Source: Macrostomum lignano (taxonomy: Eukaryota). From it: a stretch of DNA of 64,000 nucleotides. The notes under the pieces were generated by a model, which was not told the origin of the DNA, searched no databases, and was given only the letters and a program-made list of their open reading frames with translations. Position numbers and translations under genes: made by a program. Shown here in pieces: positions 24,625 to 37,787 of the stretch; the stretch's first letter is position 1; each line of letters begins with the position of its first letter. Where the stretch lies: assembly GCA_002269645.1 (NCBI GenBank), contig NIVC01000646.1, positions 186,001 to 250,000 on the forward strand, read 5' to 3'.

Positions 24625-27600
24625 TCAATCCCAGGCCTCTTCTTCGGCTGCCGGAGCAGCGGCTGGGGCAGGACGGAACGCGCTCTCGGCGAAGTCGCCC
24701 TCGTCGGGCTGCTCGCGGAACCGATCTCTGGCGACGCCGCGCCTCATGTCGCGATTGCTGCCGCCTACGAATCCACCGACGCCACCCATGTCGCCGCCGC
24801 CGGACTGGTCCGCGTAAACGTCGAGCCAGTCGGGCACGGACTGACCGGACTTCTCCAGATTCTGGCGCAACAGGAGGGCCAGGGCCGAGTCGCGTCCGTG
24901 GTCGTAAAACGAGATCGACTTTCCCGGGTTGCCGCAGCGACCTGTGCGACCAATGCGGTGCACGTACATGTCGAATTCGCTCGGCAGGTCCATGTTGATC
25001 ACCAGCTCGATTCCGTTGATGTCGACGCCGCGAGCCGACACGTTTGTGGCGACCATGATTGGATTCTTGCCCCTCTTGAAATCCCTGATAGCAGTCTCGC
25101 GCTCGCGCTGCTGTCGGTCTCCGTGAATTGTGGTGCACGGCAGCTGCTTCTTCTGTGTCAGAGCCAGTCCGACAAAGTCCGCCTGTCGCTTTGTCTCCAC
25201 GAAGATGAGAATCCGGTCGCTCTTTCGAGCCGGATCCGAATGCCACTCATCGATGACTGACTCCAGAGCGGCCTGCTTGTCGTCCTGCTGCACCTCGCGA
25301 ACTTCCTGAGTCACGTCGGGATTGGCTGCGCCCACCTGACCCACAGTCAGGTACAAATAGTTCTGCAGGTACTGCTGAGCCAAAGCTTGAATCTGACTAG
25401 GGAACGTGGCCGAGAACATCACAATCTGCCTGTCAGAAGGCATCTGCTCCAGCGTCCAGGTCACCGAGTCCAGGAAGCCCCTGTCAAGCATCTGGTCGGC
25501 CTCGTCAAGCACAAGGAAGCGGGTCTTGTTCAGGCTGACAATGTTCCTCTCGGCAAAGTCCTTCAGCCGGCCGGGAGTGGCCACCAGAATGTGGCAGCCG
25601 TTGGCCAGTTCCGCGCGCAAGTAGTCGGTCTTGGGACCGCCGTACACGCGCTTGGCGTGAATATTTGTGCCAGCCAGAAATCCCCTGACAGAAAAAAAAG
25701 GGGTGAAAATGCTTACATAAAACACAACGCTATAGTTCCAATTTGAAAAAATATTTGCTATATAGGAAACTAACAAAACTTGTCTTTATAGTCGATATTA
25801 TTGAAACGAACCTTTTAAACATCATAAGGATAGACGTTTTCACGCATAATGGATTGACAGTAATGGACTTGAATATTAAGCTATTTTTTTTTCAGTTTTT
25901 CGAAACCATATCGGGTCGTCTAGCGGAAGAATAGCTACTTGATAAGGTCAGGAATCAGGGATGATGGGATCTTCAATTATAGAACAACATCTGGAGATGG
26001 GATATCTAATTATAAAACAATACCTGTATGATAAGAAGTTCCGACAAAGTGAAATTTTACGTGAAAGCGGCCCGTGCTGTTAAAATATTTGACGGAACTC
26101 TGAGAACAGTTGGTGAATCCATTTAAAGTTGACAGTCACAAGAGCTGCAGCAAATGGTGTGGGTGATGCATGGTAACGAGTGATTTAAATCACACAGCGT
26201 GATCAGGACTTTTTGGATTGTAAAAGAAGGAAAAGTGCAGTTTAGAAATTTGTCTGCCAGATACCCGATCGGGTGGCAATATAACACCAAAGACCTCAGA
26301 CGCGCTTTTCCTAGGCATGGATGCCGTGGCACTTACTTTCCAATGAAACGTTCACCGTCAGCGTTACCATAAAACAGCGTGCAGCAAGGTCCAGGCGATC
26401 CAGAGAAGGGAACTCAATGGACTGCGCTTGAGTGTCATTCCTCAGCCAAATCCTGAATTTCGCATCGCATCCGTGGTTCCAGCAGAGTAAGTGGACCTCA
26501 TGTTGAATAGGTGAATAGGTGTACCTTCATTGTCAGCTGGTCCAGCTCCGAGGGTGCAATCGTAAGTCTACGATTCTTTTAAGTCCACGAAGTCTAAGTC
26601 TTCGTGCAATCAAGTATCGACCATATACATGTATGGGGGCTGCTGCTTTGAGCTTTGACAAGACCAATACATAGGCTATGGTCAAATCCTTAAGTTTTAG
26701 AAAGTTTGAATGCTCCTAGCGCTGTGCAGAGAACTCCAAAACAACAAATATTCAGCAAATTACCTGACGGACTCGTAAATAATGGAAACGGAGTCTTTAC
26801 TCCATCGACGTAATCGTGCGTCGGAATTCCTGCTGCACAAGTACATAGCGTACGGAGACAATATCATGTTCCAGCGGGCTGCGTAAAAGTGGTACAACCG
26901 CTTTAAAGGAGAATCATCAACTGATGATGAACCTCGCTCTGGAAGACCGAAACAAACCAGGACGACAGAGAAAAAGAATTTGTTGGATTGACCATCGATG
27001 GACTTGCGAACTATCCAACATTTATCAACCAGCGTCTATCGGATTTACATGAAGGCCCTTGGAAACGGCAGGTAGGTACTGCAGGTGGGTTAGAGCCTGG
27101 CTCTCGGATCCTCACCCAACAGCCATTTGGTGTCCGAACCGGCGCCGATTTTCGCCAACGGAAAATTGATAGTAGCAATCTGGATTCTGGAAGTCCATTC
27201 GGTAGATATGATTCTCAGCGAGTACAGTACTCTAACAGTCTAACATTCTGCTTATGGATTTTGTGAACAAGCAGTGTTTCCCAGCTGAAACTTTATCTTG
27301 TACTTCTGTAAAAGACGCTGGATATGGAAAACAAATTGCTAATCGAGTCGTCGTGTCCTGAAGAGCATGCCTTATGCCCTGTCATGGATTCGAGCGTTGG
27401 ATGCAGCCGCATCATTGTATCTCGACTAAGCTGTTCAACAAAGTATGCTGCAAAGTATACTTCACTGCTTCTCGAGTCGCACTAGGTAGGGCAGTAGCTC
27501 CAACCAGCACGTTGGCACATTCTTCCAAGAATGTGTGCGTGGCCACCTTCAGCGCCATGTGAAGGGCTTCGAACTTCTTTGTCCGATTTGAGCTCTTGGA

Positions 27601-30215
27601 AAAGTAGGCGTGAATATCCTCACACAGAGATGCAGCAGAGGAAAAGTGCGTATCGATAGTATAGCGATCACCATTTGCCACAACATCAAGGGGTGCCGCC
27701 ACCAATATTAAAAAGGTGCTGCAGTTCAGGCTCCGATCGCAGACACTTGACTACTCTGGGATGCACTGCGCGCATAACGTTGCAGTTGTCCGAAAAGTCA
27801 AAATTCCACTTGTGGTATGACAGCGCATGACGTTTTTGAATGCGTGTAAAAATTTGCTGAAAGCAACACTGGATAGATCGAGCTGGAAAAGCTCAACAAT
27901 CACTGACACTAAGATGCTATATTATTTGAAATAAATTGTTATATGCAATACATACAGCCATCCTCTCTAAGAATATTTAGCTTCATTTTTTCAGTTAAAG
28001 GCCATCGATTATCGAATAAAATTGAACAAGCTATATAAACTCAATTCAACTTATTACCATTGTGTTTGAGCTATTAAAGATTAATCAATAGCAAAATTAT
28101 TTACCGACAAAGAACTTACCTAGCGAAATCATAAATTTGATTGCAGAGCTCTCGGGTGGGAGTCAGTATAAGAGCGACCGGGTAGGTGGTGTACTGAGCA
28201 ACAGTAGAATCGCTGGTGTCCAGCTCGGCGATCATCTTTGCCAGAGGTAGCAAAAAGGCCGCAGTCTTGCCCGAGCCCGTCTGGGCGCAGGCCATCAGAT
28301 CTCTTCCTTTGAGGATGATGGGGATGCCGTACTTCTGCACCGGCGTGAGCTTGTTGTAGTTGTACTTGCGGAGAATGTTATCCAGCATCACGCTGGGCAG
28401 CCCGATGGCATCGAAGCTGGTCAGGTAGCCCGGCTTGTCGGTTCCCGACACCTCTACGTTGATTTGCTCGTACTTGTCGAAATTGATGCCCGTGTGGACG
28501 GTCCGGCTGTAAATCTCGTCTAGCTGAGACTCTTCAGGCACGTGAGCAGTCGAGGCACCGGGGGCATCACCGGCGGCGACATTCGGGCAGTCGGCAGAGA
28601 TGTGGCCCGTCTCCTTACAGCGGAAGCAGGCACGTGCGTCCGCGTTTGGACATTCGCGAGCAAAATGGCCACTCTGGTTGCACTTGTAGCATACAGAACC
28701 GCCACCGCCGCCTCCAGCTTCAGCGTTTGGACACTCGCGGGCAAAATGGCCACTCTGGTTGCACTTGTAGCAGACAGAACCGCCACCGCCGCATCCAGCG
28801 CCATCATCAGCGGAGGCTCGAAAGCCACCTCGGCCTCCTCCGCGGCTGCCAAAGCCACCACCGCGGCTGCCGAAGCCACCTCCGCCACCTTCAGCGCCAT
28901 CATCAGCGGAGGCGCCAAAGCCACCTCGGCCTCCTCCGCGGCTGCCAAAGCCACCACCGCGGCTGCCGAAGCCACCTCCACCACCATCAGCGCCATCATC
29001 AACGGAGGCTCCGAAGCCACCTCGGCCTCCTCCGCGGCTGCCGAAGCCACCTCCGCCACCATCAGCGCCATCATCAACGGAGGCTCCAAAGCCACCTCGG
29101 CCTCCTCCGCGGCTGCCAAAGCCACCACCGCGGCTGCCGAAGCCACCTCCGCCACCTTCCGCGCCATCATCAGCGGAGGCTCCAAAGACACCTCGGCCTC
29201 CTCCGCGGCTGCCAAAGCCACCACCGCGGCTGCCGAAGCCACCTCCGCCACCATCCGCGCCATCATCAGCGGAGGCTCCAAAGCCACCTCGGCCTCCTCC
29301 GCGGCTGCCAAAGCCACCACCGCGGCTGCCGAAGCCACCTCCGCCACCTTCAGCGCCATCAACGGAGGCTCCGAAGCCACCTCGGCCTCCTCCACGGCCG
29401 AATCCGCCACCTCCACGACTACCAAATCCACCACTAGAACCTTGTCCTTCAGCATTCGGGCAGTCTCGTGCCATATGGCCACTTTCGTTGCACTTGAAGC
29501 AAGCAGAGGAGCCGCCACGGCCTCCACCACCGAAGCCGCCACGTCTTTCTTGAGAATCAGCATTCGGGCAGTCTCGTGCCATATGGCCACTTTCGTTGCA
29601 CTTGAAGCAAGCAGAGGAGCCGCCACGGCCTCCACCACCGAAGCCGCCACGTCTTTCTTGAGAATCAGCATTCGGGCAGTCTCGTGCCATATGGCCACTT
29701 TCGTTGCACTTGAAGCAAGCAGAGGAGCCGCCACGGCCTCCACCACCGAAGCCGCCACGTCTTTCTTGAGAATCAGCATTCGGGCAGTCTCGTGCCATAT
29801 GACCGCTCTCGTTGCACTTGAAGCAAGCAGAGGAGCCGCCACGGCCTCCACCTCGACCACCCCCGAATCCTCCACGGCTTCCGAAACCAACGCTATCATC
29901 GTTCTGAGTGTCTTCATTCCGGCTTCCAAAGCCACCGCGGCCGCCACCGAAACCACCACGACCTTCAGAACCTCCTCTGTCTCCATTTTGCGCACCGCTG
30001 CCAAAGCCACCGCGACCTCCACCAAACCCACTGCGGCCACTGCCGAAACCTCCTTCTCCATTAGCCGTGTCCCCACTTTGAGAGTTCGAAGCGCCACCGA
30101 AGCCGTTGCTGCCGTTAGAAGCTCCAAAGCTCATCTTCTTGAAGTCATTATTCAGATTTCCCGACGACCATTCGTCTTCAACGTCGCCTTTGGGCAAAAA
30201 TCCTCGGCCAGCCAT
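24625..30215 (-). CDS. vasa: Vasa/DDX4 DEAD-box RNA helicase, copy B (1051 aa, 2 exons, 7 CCHC knuckles)
   Basis: Exons 30215-28120 and 25684-24625 with a 2435-bp phase-2 intron at the same position as copy A; all helicase motifs intact; C-terminus EEEAWD. Confidence 0.93.
26340..27800 (-). pseudogene. Degenerate hAT-like transposase fragments inside the vasa B intron
   Basis: Minus-strand peptides in the expected order: FSDNCNVM (~27796-27773), [19 protein letters not shown] (~27630-27575) and [16 protein letters not shown] (~26418-26345), broken by stops and frameshifts. Recognised from memory of hAT motifs; no HMM was run. Confidence 0.5.
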
Positions 30216-30759
30216 TTTTAATGCAACTTTTGGTAATTTTGAAAACAGTACATAAACAAATATTTTATCATAGCAAAAGTCAATAATTGAGCAGCGAAAA
30301 TTTCATTTACGACAATTAGCCAAGTACATGTAATTCTCCTACAGACGTAAGGAAACAGATAGAAAGAAATGGAAAAATAATTGTCGATTAGTAACAAAAA
30401 AGACTCTATCTACACTTATTGCACAATTGTGGCACAGTCATAACTGTTTCACAACTGTTTCATAGCACAGTAATATGCTGATTAGCATAATTGTGTCATA
30501 GCTGTGCTAACTGTGCCAAAAGGACGGTCGAAAACAATAATAAATGATCTAATTGGCACGTTTGGCAGAATTTTAGATTCTGCTAGGACAATGGTTTCCC
30601 ACCTGGACTATGGCCTAAAAGTTTGACTGGTGAGCAAAGACATAATCTTAGTCCATTTTCCTCCCCTTTGGATCTTGATTCCATTCTTATTATTGTTTGT
30701 GCGGACGATAGCACAGCCTTTAGCAAAAATGCTTTAAACAGAAGCATTTTAATGTATGT

Positions 30760-31046
30760 TTAAAGCCATGGCTCATTTATTGGCTCTTACCCCCAGCTTA
30801 AACCCTCCAACCGCGCCTTTCCACACTACCCCCCGCCCCTCCCCAATTTTTATTGCCTTTCTCGGAATTCCAGCCTAAGGCTGCCAAGTACATTTCAGTG
30901 GCTGGCTAATGTACATTACTGCTGAACCAATTAGCAAGTTTTTTACGCCTGCAAGCTTGGCTTTTGAACTTAAAGTCATTTCAGCTGCATTTTATTTCTA
31001 AAAAAATAGCCTATGTATTTTCTTTTGCTACTGAACTGAAATTAGC
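30760..31046 (-). mobile_element. Inverted copy of the 17398-17744 MITE-like element
   Basis: Reverse complement aligns by eye with ~17400-17700, including TTGCTACTGAACTGAAA at ~31025-31041. Confidence 0.75.
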
Positions 31047-32623
31047 TGTTTTGCTAAGTATATATGCCTGAATGGCCCATCTTGCCATTTTAGGATCTGG
31101 GGGCATAATAGGGAATCTTAACACTAATTTTACTGAACATCTTGGCTGCAAAGCTGATTTTAGTTTAATGAAATTTACACAAGAAGAACATGACAGTAAA
31201 ATTAGCAAGGCAATCTTAATTAACTTTATATTTTACTTAGTATACAACATAGAAAAGATCTTGATTGATTCTTTGCATTGTGAACCACAATGCAAATATG
31301 TTATCGCGTCGAAATCTTAGGATTAGATGCAGATTTAATCAGCAAATACACATCAATAGAGTCAGGCTAGTTACTTCGCAAGGGGTCTTGGGCACTGTCG
31401 CAAATCAAGAAGGCTAGCAGTTATGCCGATTCTGCTGACCTCTGAGCACGCACAAAAAATAATAAAGGTTCGTTCTGAGCGTCAAAAAGCAAAAATGACA
31501 AAAAAACAATAATAACGTGTACTAAAAACCCTAATAAAAACAGAAAAAACTACCCGTAACCGAAGCGAAATTATGAAAGACCTGAGTTTTTGCTTTGCGT
31601 AGCAACTAATAAGATTTCATCAAAAAATTTAGGATAGATTTAATCATTTAAGATAATGTTTGTCACTAAAAGCACATAACTAGTGAATGAAACCGATCAA
31701 TTAGAGTTCAGTATAGCATGCACATATAACATAGTGAAAATAATAAAACCAATAATAAAATAAGCAATGTAGGTGTAGCGTATAATGAATATAGTTTAGC
31801 GTTTGACCAATTAGTGGCAAAAAGCTAAAACATTTGGTGGCCAAACTTTTAGTGACTAAAAAAATCTACAGAAATTATCTGTACCTTAGAGCCTCAAATG
31901 TTTTGTTTTTCTTATTCTTTCGTTTCTCTCTTTGAAGATGTATCCCACCGTCTATGCGCTTCTAATCAATAAATCAAGTCGAAGGTTCAGTAGGTTTCTC
32001 TCGATTTTTAACCCTCAACATGGATGTTTATTTCTAATTCCTGATGGTTGCAGTTTCGAATAGACAATAAACATGCAATGTTTTTAAAGCAATTCAGTGA
32101 AATAAAAAGGGGGCTACTTATCTATATTGGTGCACTTCGATCCGGAAGTCTCTAGATGGTCTCTTCGTTTGATTAGCATATTGGAGTTTCCTTGTCAGTC
32201 TTTTGAGTCTAGGTGGTGTTGGATAATAACTCTGGATGGAGGGCGGAGCAGGAGTAGAGGAGCAGCGGGAGGGGCAAAAGGACGGGAGCTTCATTCTCAC
32301 TAAACGCTAGTATATACATGATTTCTATAACGCATTTTATAGGTGGTCGCTTCACGCAATAGGTTCTTTACTGCCGCAAAAGCATGTGCTGTACTCTCCA
32401 GATAAAAAACCGTCCGAAGTTCGCATTAGACTAAAAAATAGCGTTGGGCATATGTTTAAATTAAGATCACTATATGCAGCAGTAGATGTCTTTAATCTAC
32501 GATTCCAAATCTTGTCAAGCCAAGTCGGGGGAAGAAATCTGAATCAAACAATCGAATTAACCAAAAATACTACCAATTACTGATGTGCAGTAGCGGGATT
32601 ATACAAAAAAACAGATTTAATCA

Positions 32624-35600
32624 TTAATCCCATGGATCGTCGTTGGATAGCTGAGCAGCGGCTGGGGCAGGACGGAACGCGCTCTCGGCGAAGTCGCCCT
32701 CGTCGGGCTGCTCGCGGAACCGGTCTCTGGCGACGCCGCGCCTCATGTCGCGATTGCTGCCGCCTACAAAGCCACCGACGCCGCCCATGTCGCCGCCGCA
32801 GGACTGGTCCGCGTAAACGTCGAGCCAGTCTGGCACGGACTGACCGGACTTCTCCAGATTCTGGCGCAACAGAAGGGCCAGGGCCGAGTCGCGTCCGTGG
32901 TCGTAAAACGAGATCGACTTTCCCGGGTTGCCGCAGCGACCTGTGCGACCAATGCGGTGCACGTACATTTGAAAGTCGCTCGGCAGGTCCATGTTGATCA
33001 CCAGCTCGATTCCGTTGATGTCAACGCCGCGAGCCGACACGTTTGTGGCGACCATAACCGGCTTCTTGCCCCTCTTGAAATCCCTGATAGCAGTCTCGCG
33101 CTCGCTTTGGAGCCGGTCTCCGTGAATTGTGGTACAGAGCAGCTGCTTCTTCTGCGTCAGAGCCAGTCCGACAAAGTCCGCCTGTCGCTTTGTCTCCACG
33201 AAGATGAGAATCCGGTCGCTCTTTCGAGCCGGATCCGAATGCCACTCGTCGATGACTGACTCCAGAGCGGCCTGCTTGTCGTCCTGCTGCACCTCGCGAA
33301 CTTCCTGAGTCACGTCGGGATTGGCTGCGCCCACCTGACCCACAGTCAGGTACAAATAGTTCTGCAGGTACTGCTGAGCCAGAGCTTGAATCTGATTAGG
33401 GAACGTGGCCGAGAACATCACAATCTGCCTGTCAGAAGGCATCTGCTCCAGCGTCCAGGTCACCGAGTCCAGGAAGCCCCTGTCAAGCATCTGGTCGGCC
33501 TCGTCAAGCACAAGGAAGCGGGTCTTGCTCAGACTGACAATGTTCCTCTCGGCGAAGTCCTTCAGCCGGCCGGGAGTGGCCACCAGAATGTGGCAGCCAT
33601 TGGCCAGCTCATTACGCAGGTAGTCCGTCTTGGGTCCGCCATAAATTCGTTGAATTCGAACGCCCGTTCCAGCTAGAAAGCCTCTGTAAGTGATGTGAGA
33701 ACAAATGCTTGCTTTTATCTAGCAGAAACTAAAAACAAGATTAAAAGTAACACTAGACTAATGGAATATATTTGATTCAAGAATAGCAATGAACTTACAG
33801 GCCGAATTCAAACGTCTGGTTGCAGAGTTCTCTGGTCGGTACCAAGACAAGAGCAACCGGATAAGTAGTATAACCTCCACCAGTGCTGATATCGCCTATC
33901 TCAGTGATTAACTTTGCCATAGGCAGTATAAAAGCCGCCGTCTTCCCGGACCCTGTCTGTGCACAGGCCATTAAATCGCGACCTTTAAGTACAATCGGAA
34001 TAGCGTATCTCTGCACGGGTGTTAGCTTTGTATACTTGAACTTCTTAGAAATATTGTCCATTAGGACAGGGGACAAGCCAATTTCATCAAATGATTGCAA
34101 GTAGCCGGGTCGGTCAACACCTGAAACTTCGACATCAATTTTTTCGTAGTTGTCAAAGTTAATGCCGGCATGGACAGTTTGGTTGTATATCTCATCAAGT
34201 TCCGACGTCTCCGGGATATGAGCAGCTGATGGACCATCTCTGCTAGTGCGTTGAGTGTTCGGACATTCTGCGGCAAAATGGCCAGACTCACCGCAGTTAA
34301 AACAAGCAATCGCGCCAGAATTAGTGCATTCTCGCGCAAAGTGTCCTGGTTGCTGACACCTGAAGCAGACGCTATCACCATTGTTATTTGCATTATCCCG
34401 ACGATAAAAGTCTCTACTTTCGAATCCACCTCCGAAGCCTCGATTGCTCCTTTCGAACTCTTCACCACTTTGATCTTCTCTACTTAACGATCTAAAGCCG
34501 TCCATGTCTCTCGATCCCCGACCACGACCGCCGAAGCCTCCTCGGGATCGTTCGTTTCTGCCGCCATCAAAGTCGCTTTCTTGATTGCCACCAAAACCAC
34601 CTCTTTGACCAAGGCCTCGGCTACCACCAAAGCCTCCTCGAGGTTCTGCGTTTCTGTCAAATTGGAAATCGCTCTCTTGATTACCACTGAACCCACCTCT
34701 TTGGTCACGGTCACTGCCGAAGCCACCACGGCCTCTACCGCTATCAAAGCCTCTACGAGCTTCAAAGCCACCACGGGCTCGACCGCTACCGAAGCCACCT
34801 CGAGGCTCTTCATTTCCGCCGTAATCGAAGTCGCTCTCTTGATTGCCACCGAACCCACCTCTTTGACTACGGTCACTGCCGAAGCCACCACGGCCTCGAC
34901 CGCTACCAAAGCCGCCTCGGGGTTCTTCGTTTCTGTCGTTACCAAAGCCTCCACGGGCTCCAAAGCCACCACGGCCCCGACCGCCATCAAAGCCTCCATG
35001 GGGTTCTTCGTTTCTGTCGTTACCAAAGCCTCCACGGGCTCCAAAGCCTCCACGGCCCCGACCGCCATCAAAGCCTCCACGGGCTCCAAAGCCTCCACGG
35101 GCTCGACCGCTACCAAAGCCGCCTCGGGGTTCTTCGTTTCTGTCGCTATCAAAGCCTCCACGGGCTCCAAAGCCTCCACGGGCTCGACCGCTACCAAAGC
35201 CGCCTCGGGGTTCTTCGTTTCTGTCGCTATCAAAGCCTCCACGGGCTCCAAAGCCACCACGGCCCCGACCGCCATCAAAGCCTCCACGAGGTTCTTCGTT
35301 TCTGTCGCTACCAAAGCCTCCACGGGCTCCAAAGCTACCACGGCCCCGACCGCCATCAAAGCCTTCACGAGGTTCTTCGTTTCTGTCGCTACCAAAGCCT
35401 CCACGGGCTCCAAAGCCACCACGGCCCCGACCGCCATCAAAGCCTCCACGAGGTTCTTCGTTTCTGTCGCTACCAAAGCCTCCACGGGCTCCAAAGCCAC
35501 CACGGCCCCGACCGCTACCAAAGCCACCTCGGGACTCTTCATTTCCGCCGTAATCGAAGTAGCTCGCTTGATTGCCACTAAGATGTCCTTGGTTTCTGTG

Positions 35601-35768
35601 GCTACTGGATCCTTGAACACGATTACCGCCAACATCGATATTTAAATGTTCACTACTCCAGTCGCTAGTGCCTTGCTGATTGATATCATCTCCTGATGCT
35701 GGTTCAGCAGCCCATTCGTCATTAAAATCAGCGACTGCTGGCTGGATAGGCCGGCCTCGACCAGCCAT
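32624..35768 (-). CDS. vasa: Vasa/DDX4 DEAD-box RNA helicase, copy C (1009 aa, 2 exons, 2 CCHC knuckles)
   Basis: Exons 35768-33799 and 33683-32624 with a 115-bp phase-2 intron at the homologous position. Start MAGRG chosen by homology to copies A and B; C-terminus DDPWD. Confidence 0.93.
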
Positions 35769-36918
35769 TAGAACAGCATGCATGTAATTAAAATATTAAA
35801 AAGTTGTTTTTATCGCCGATTTTGTAATAGAAAAATAAAAATAATGTTCACTTAAAAGATGTTTGGTTCACACAATTTAGCTAGCCCTATTTAGGTCTTA
35901 GGGCTGGGACAGGTATTTTCACAGTGTTTAATCTTGGATCGTTAATCTAAAAATCCGATAAGCCACTACGTGACATTCATGTACGCAGCCCGGTGTAACG
36001 CTTTAGCCTAAACTTAAAACGAGGATCGCATTATTAGTACCGCATAAAATAAAAACAGTTTGACGTATTTGCTTCGACCGAAAAATATTTTTTCAAGTTT
36101 TATTTTTCCCAAAAAATAGACAGGCCGATTTTTCGCCCAGTGTATAGAAATATGCATTTAATAAATATATTTTAATTGGTTGTTAAACTTATGGAACACA
36201 TTGTGCATAACGAGAAGAGAACGAGAGAAACAAAAGCAAGCACGCTACATTAAACGAATTAAACTTAAGATATTATACCGGGGAATTAAAAAGAAACACG
36301 GGTCAATGTGCAAAGACACAAAGAGACACGGACAAGTACGCGAGAAAATAAAGCACAACAAAGACCGACAAAGTCGTGCAGGTTTGAATGAATTTTATCA
36401 TTGACTTACCAGTATATTAGAGAGAATAAAAAACATTTCAGACATTGAAAATTATTTGAAGGGTCAAGAAGCAGAGTTAGGACAAAAAGAATCGTAGCAA
36501 GTTCCTAGCAAGTGTCAATGAAACAGCTCAATGCGCAAGGTTAGACTAACATTCGAGGTCACTACTGTAGCGTTATTATTAAGCGAAGAAGTTATCAGAG
36601 AGAAGAATCCACGGTGCTGTTGCGGCTTCATTAGCAATAAATGAGTGTAAAAAGCACAATGGTTTTTGCTGCTACGTCTTCAGTACATTAATAAAGATGA
36701 GCCGCTACTACACCCAGCTACAAATAGGAACAAGTTTGAATATAAATTATTATTTTTATAGCGCATAATTAATTGCGTTAAAACTGATTAATAAGTCAAG
36801 TATGGCCAATTACTAGCTCCATTTCAACCAAAGTAAGGGAACAAAATATTAAATTGTCCCAGCTAGTCTCCTTGCTCAGGCCGCAAACAGGCGTCGCTAT
36901 CAAGCAGTTGCCGCAATC

Positions 36919-37787
36919 TTACAAATCTTCATCGTCGTCAGGCAGGGGAGCCTCGGCGGCAATTTGAATCTCCTGCTCATATCGTTGAGCGAGGCTCGGG
37001 TCCATGGCCAGTTCGGGAGGCGCCAGGGCCGGCATCTCAACGAACTCCAGGTGCGCGTCGCCGACAAGCTTCCTAGCTAGCCAAAGGAACGGCTTCTCAA
37101 AATTGTAGTTGGACTTCGCGCTAATATCGTAGTATTGCAAGTTCTTTTTCCTGTGAAAAGTGATGGTCTTCGCTTTCACCTTGCGATCCTTAATATCCAC
37201 CTAAGTATGGCAAAGTTGGGGTTTTCAAAGATATTATATTGAGCTAGATGTTGTAAGTGTAATTTCATATATAAAGGTTTATGGCGGCCGGCTAAAGATA
37301 CCTTATTTCCAACCAGAACGATTGGGATGTTTTCGCACACTCGCACCAGATCTCTGTGCCAATTAGGCACGTTCTTGTAAGTGACGCGAGACGTCACATC
37401 GAACATGATGATAGCGCACTGGCCCTGGATGTAATAGCCATCGCGAAGTCCGCCGAATTTCTCCTGGCCAGCTGGAAACAAGCAAACAAGCATTCATTTC
37501 AGCACTAACCGTTGCGCAACACAATTAAACATAGAACCGTTTGCATTTTAGCACATCTTACTGAAAAACTCATCTTAAATAACAGCCTTACCTGTATCCC
37601 AAACGTTGAAGCGCATCTTTCCACGAGTAGTATGAAAGTCCAACGGGTGAACTTCAACGCCAAGAGTGGCTACGTACTTCTTTTCGAATTCGCCAGTCAG
37701 GTGACGCTTAACAAAGGTAGTCTTGCCAACGCCGCCATCGCCAACGAGGACCAGTTTGAATTGGGCGATCACGTTTGTGTTGTCCAT
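36919..37787 (-). CDS. Ran: Ran GTPase (215 aa, 3 exons)
   Basis: Exons 37787-37592, 37471-37302 and 37200-36919; [20 protein letters not shown] and SAK motifs; acidic tail DDDEDL. Confidence 0.97.

Noticed and set aside
28520-30221. 535-aa and 559-aa overlapping ORFs over vasa B (and the equivalents over vasa C at 34484-35645)
   Set aside because: Same stop-poor shadow effect of RGG repeats.
35769-35783. Upstream ATG (MHAVL) as the start of vasa C
   Set aside because: The second ATG gives MAGRG, matching the starts of copies A and B; the extension has no homology.
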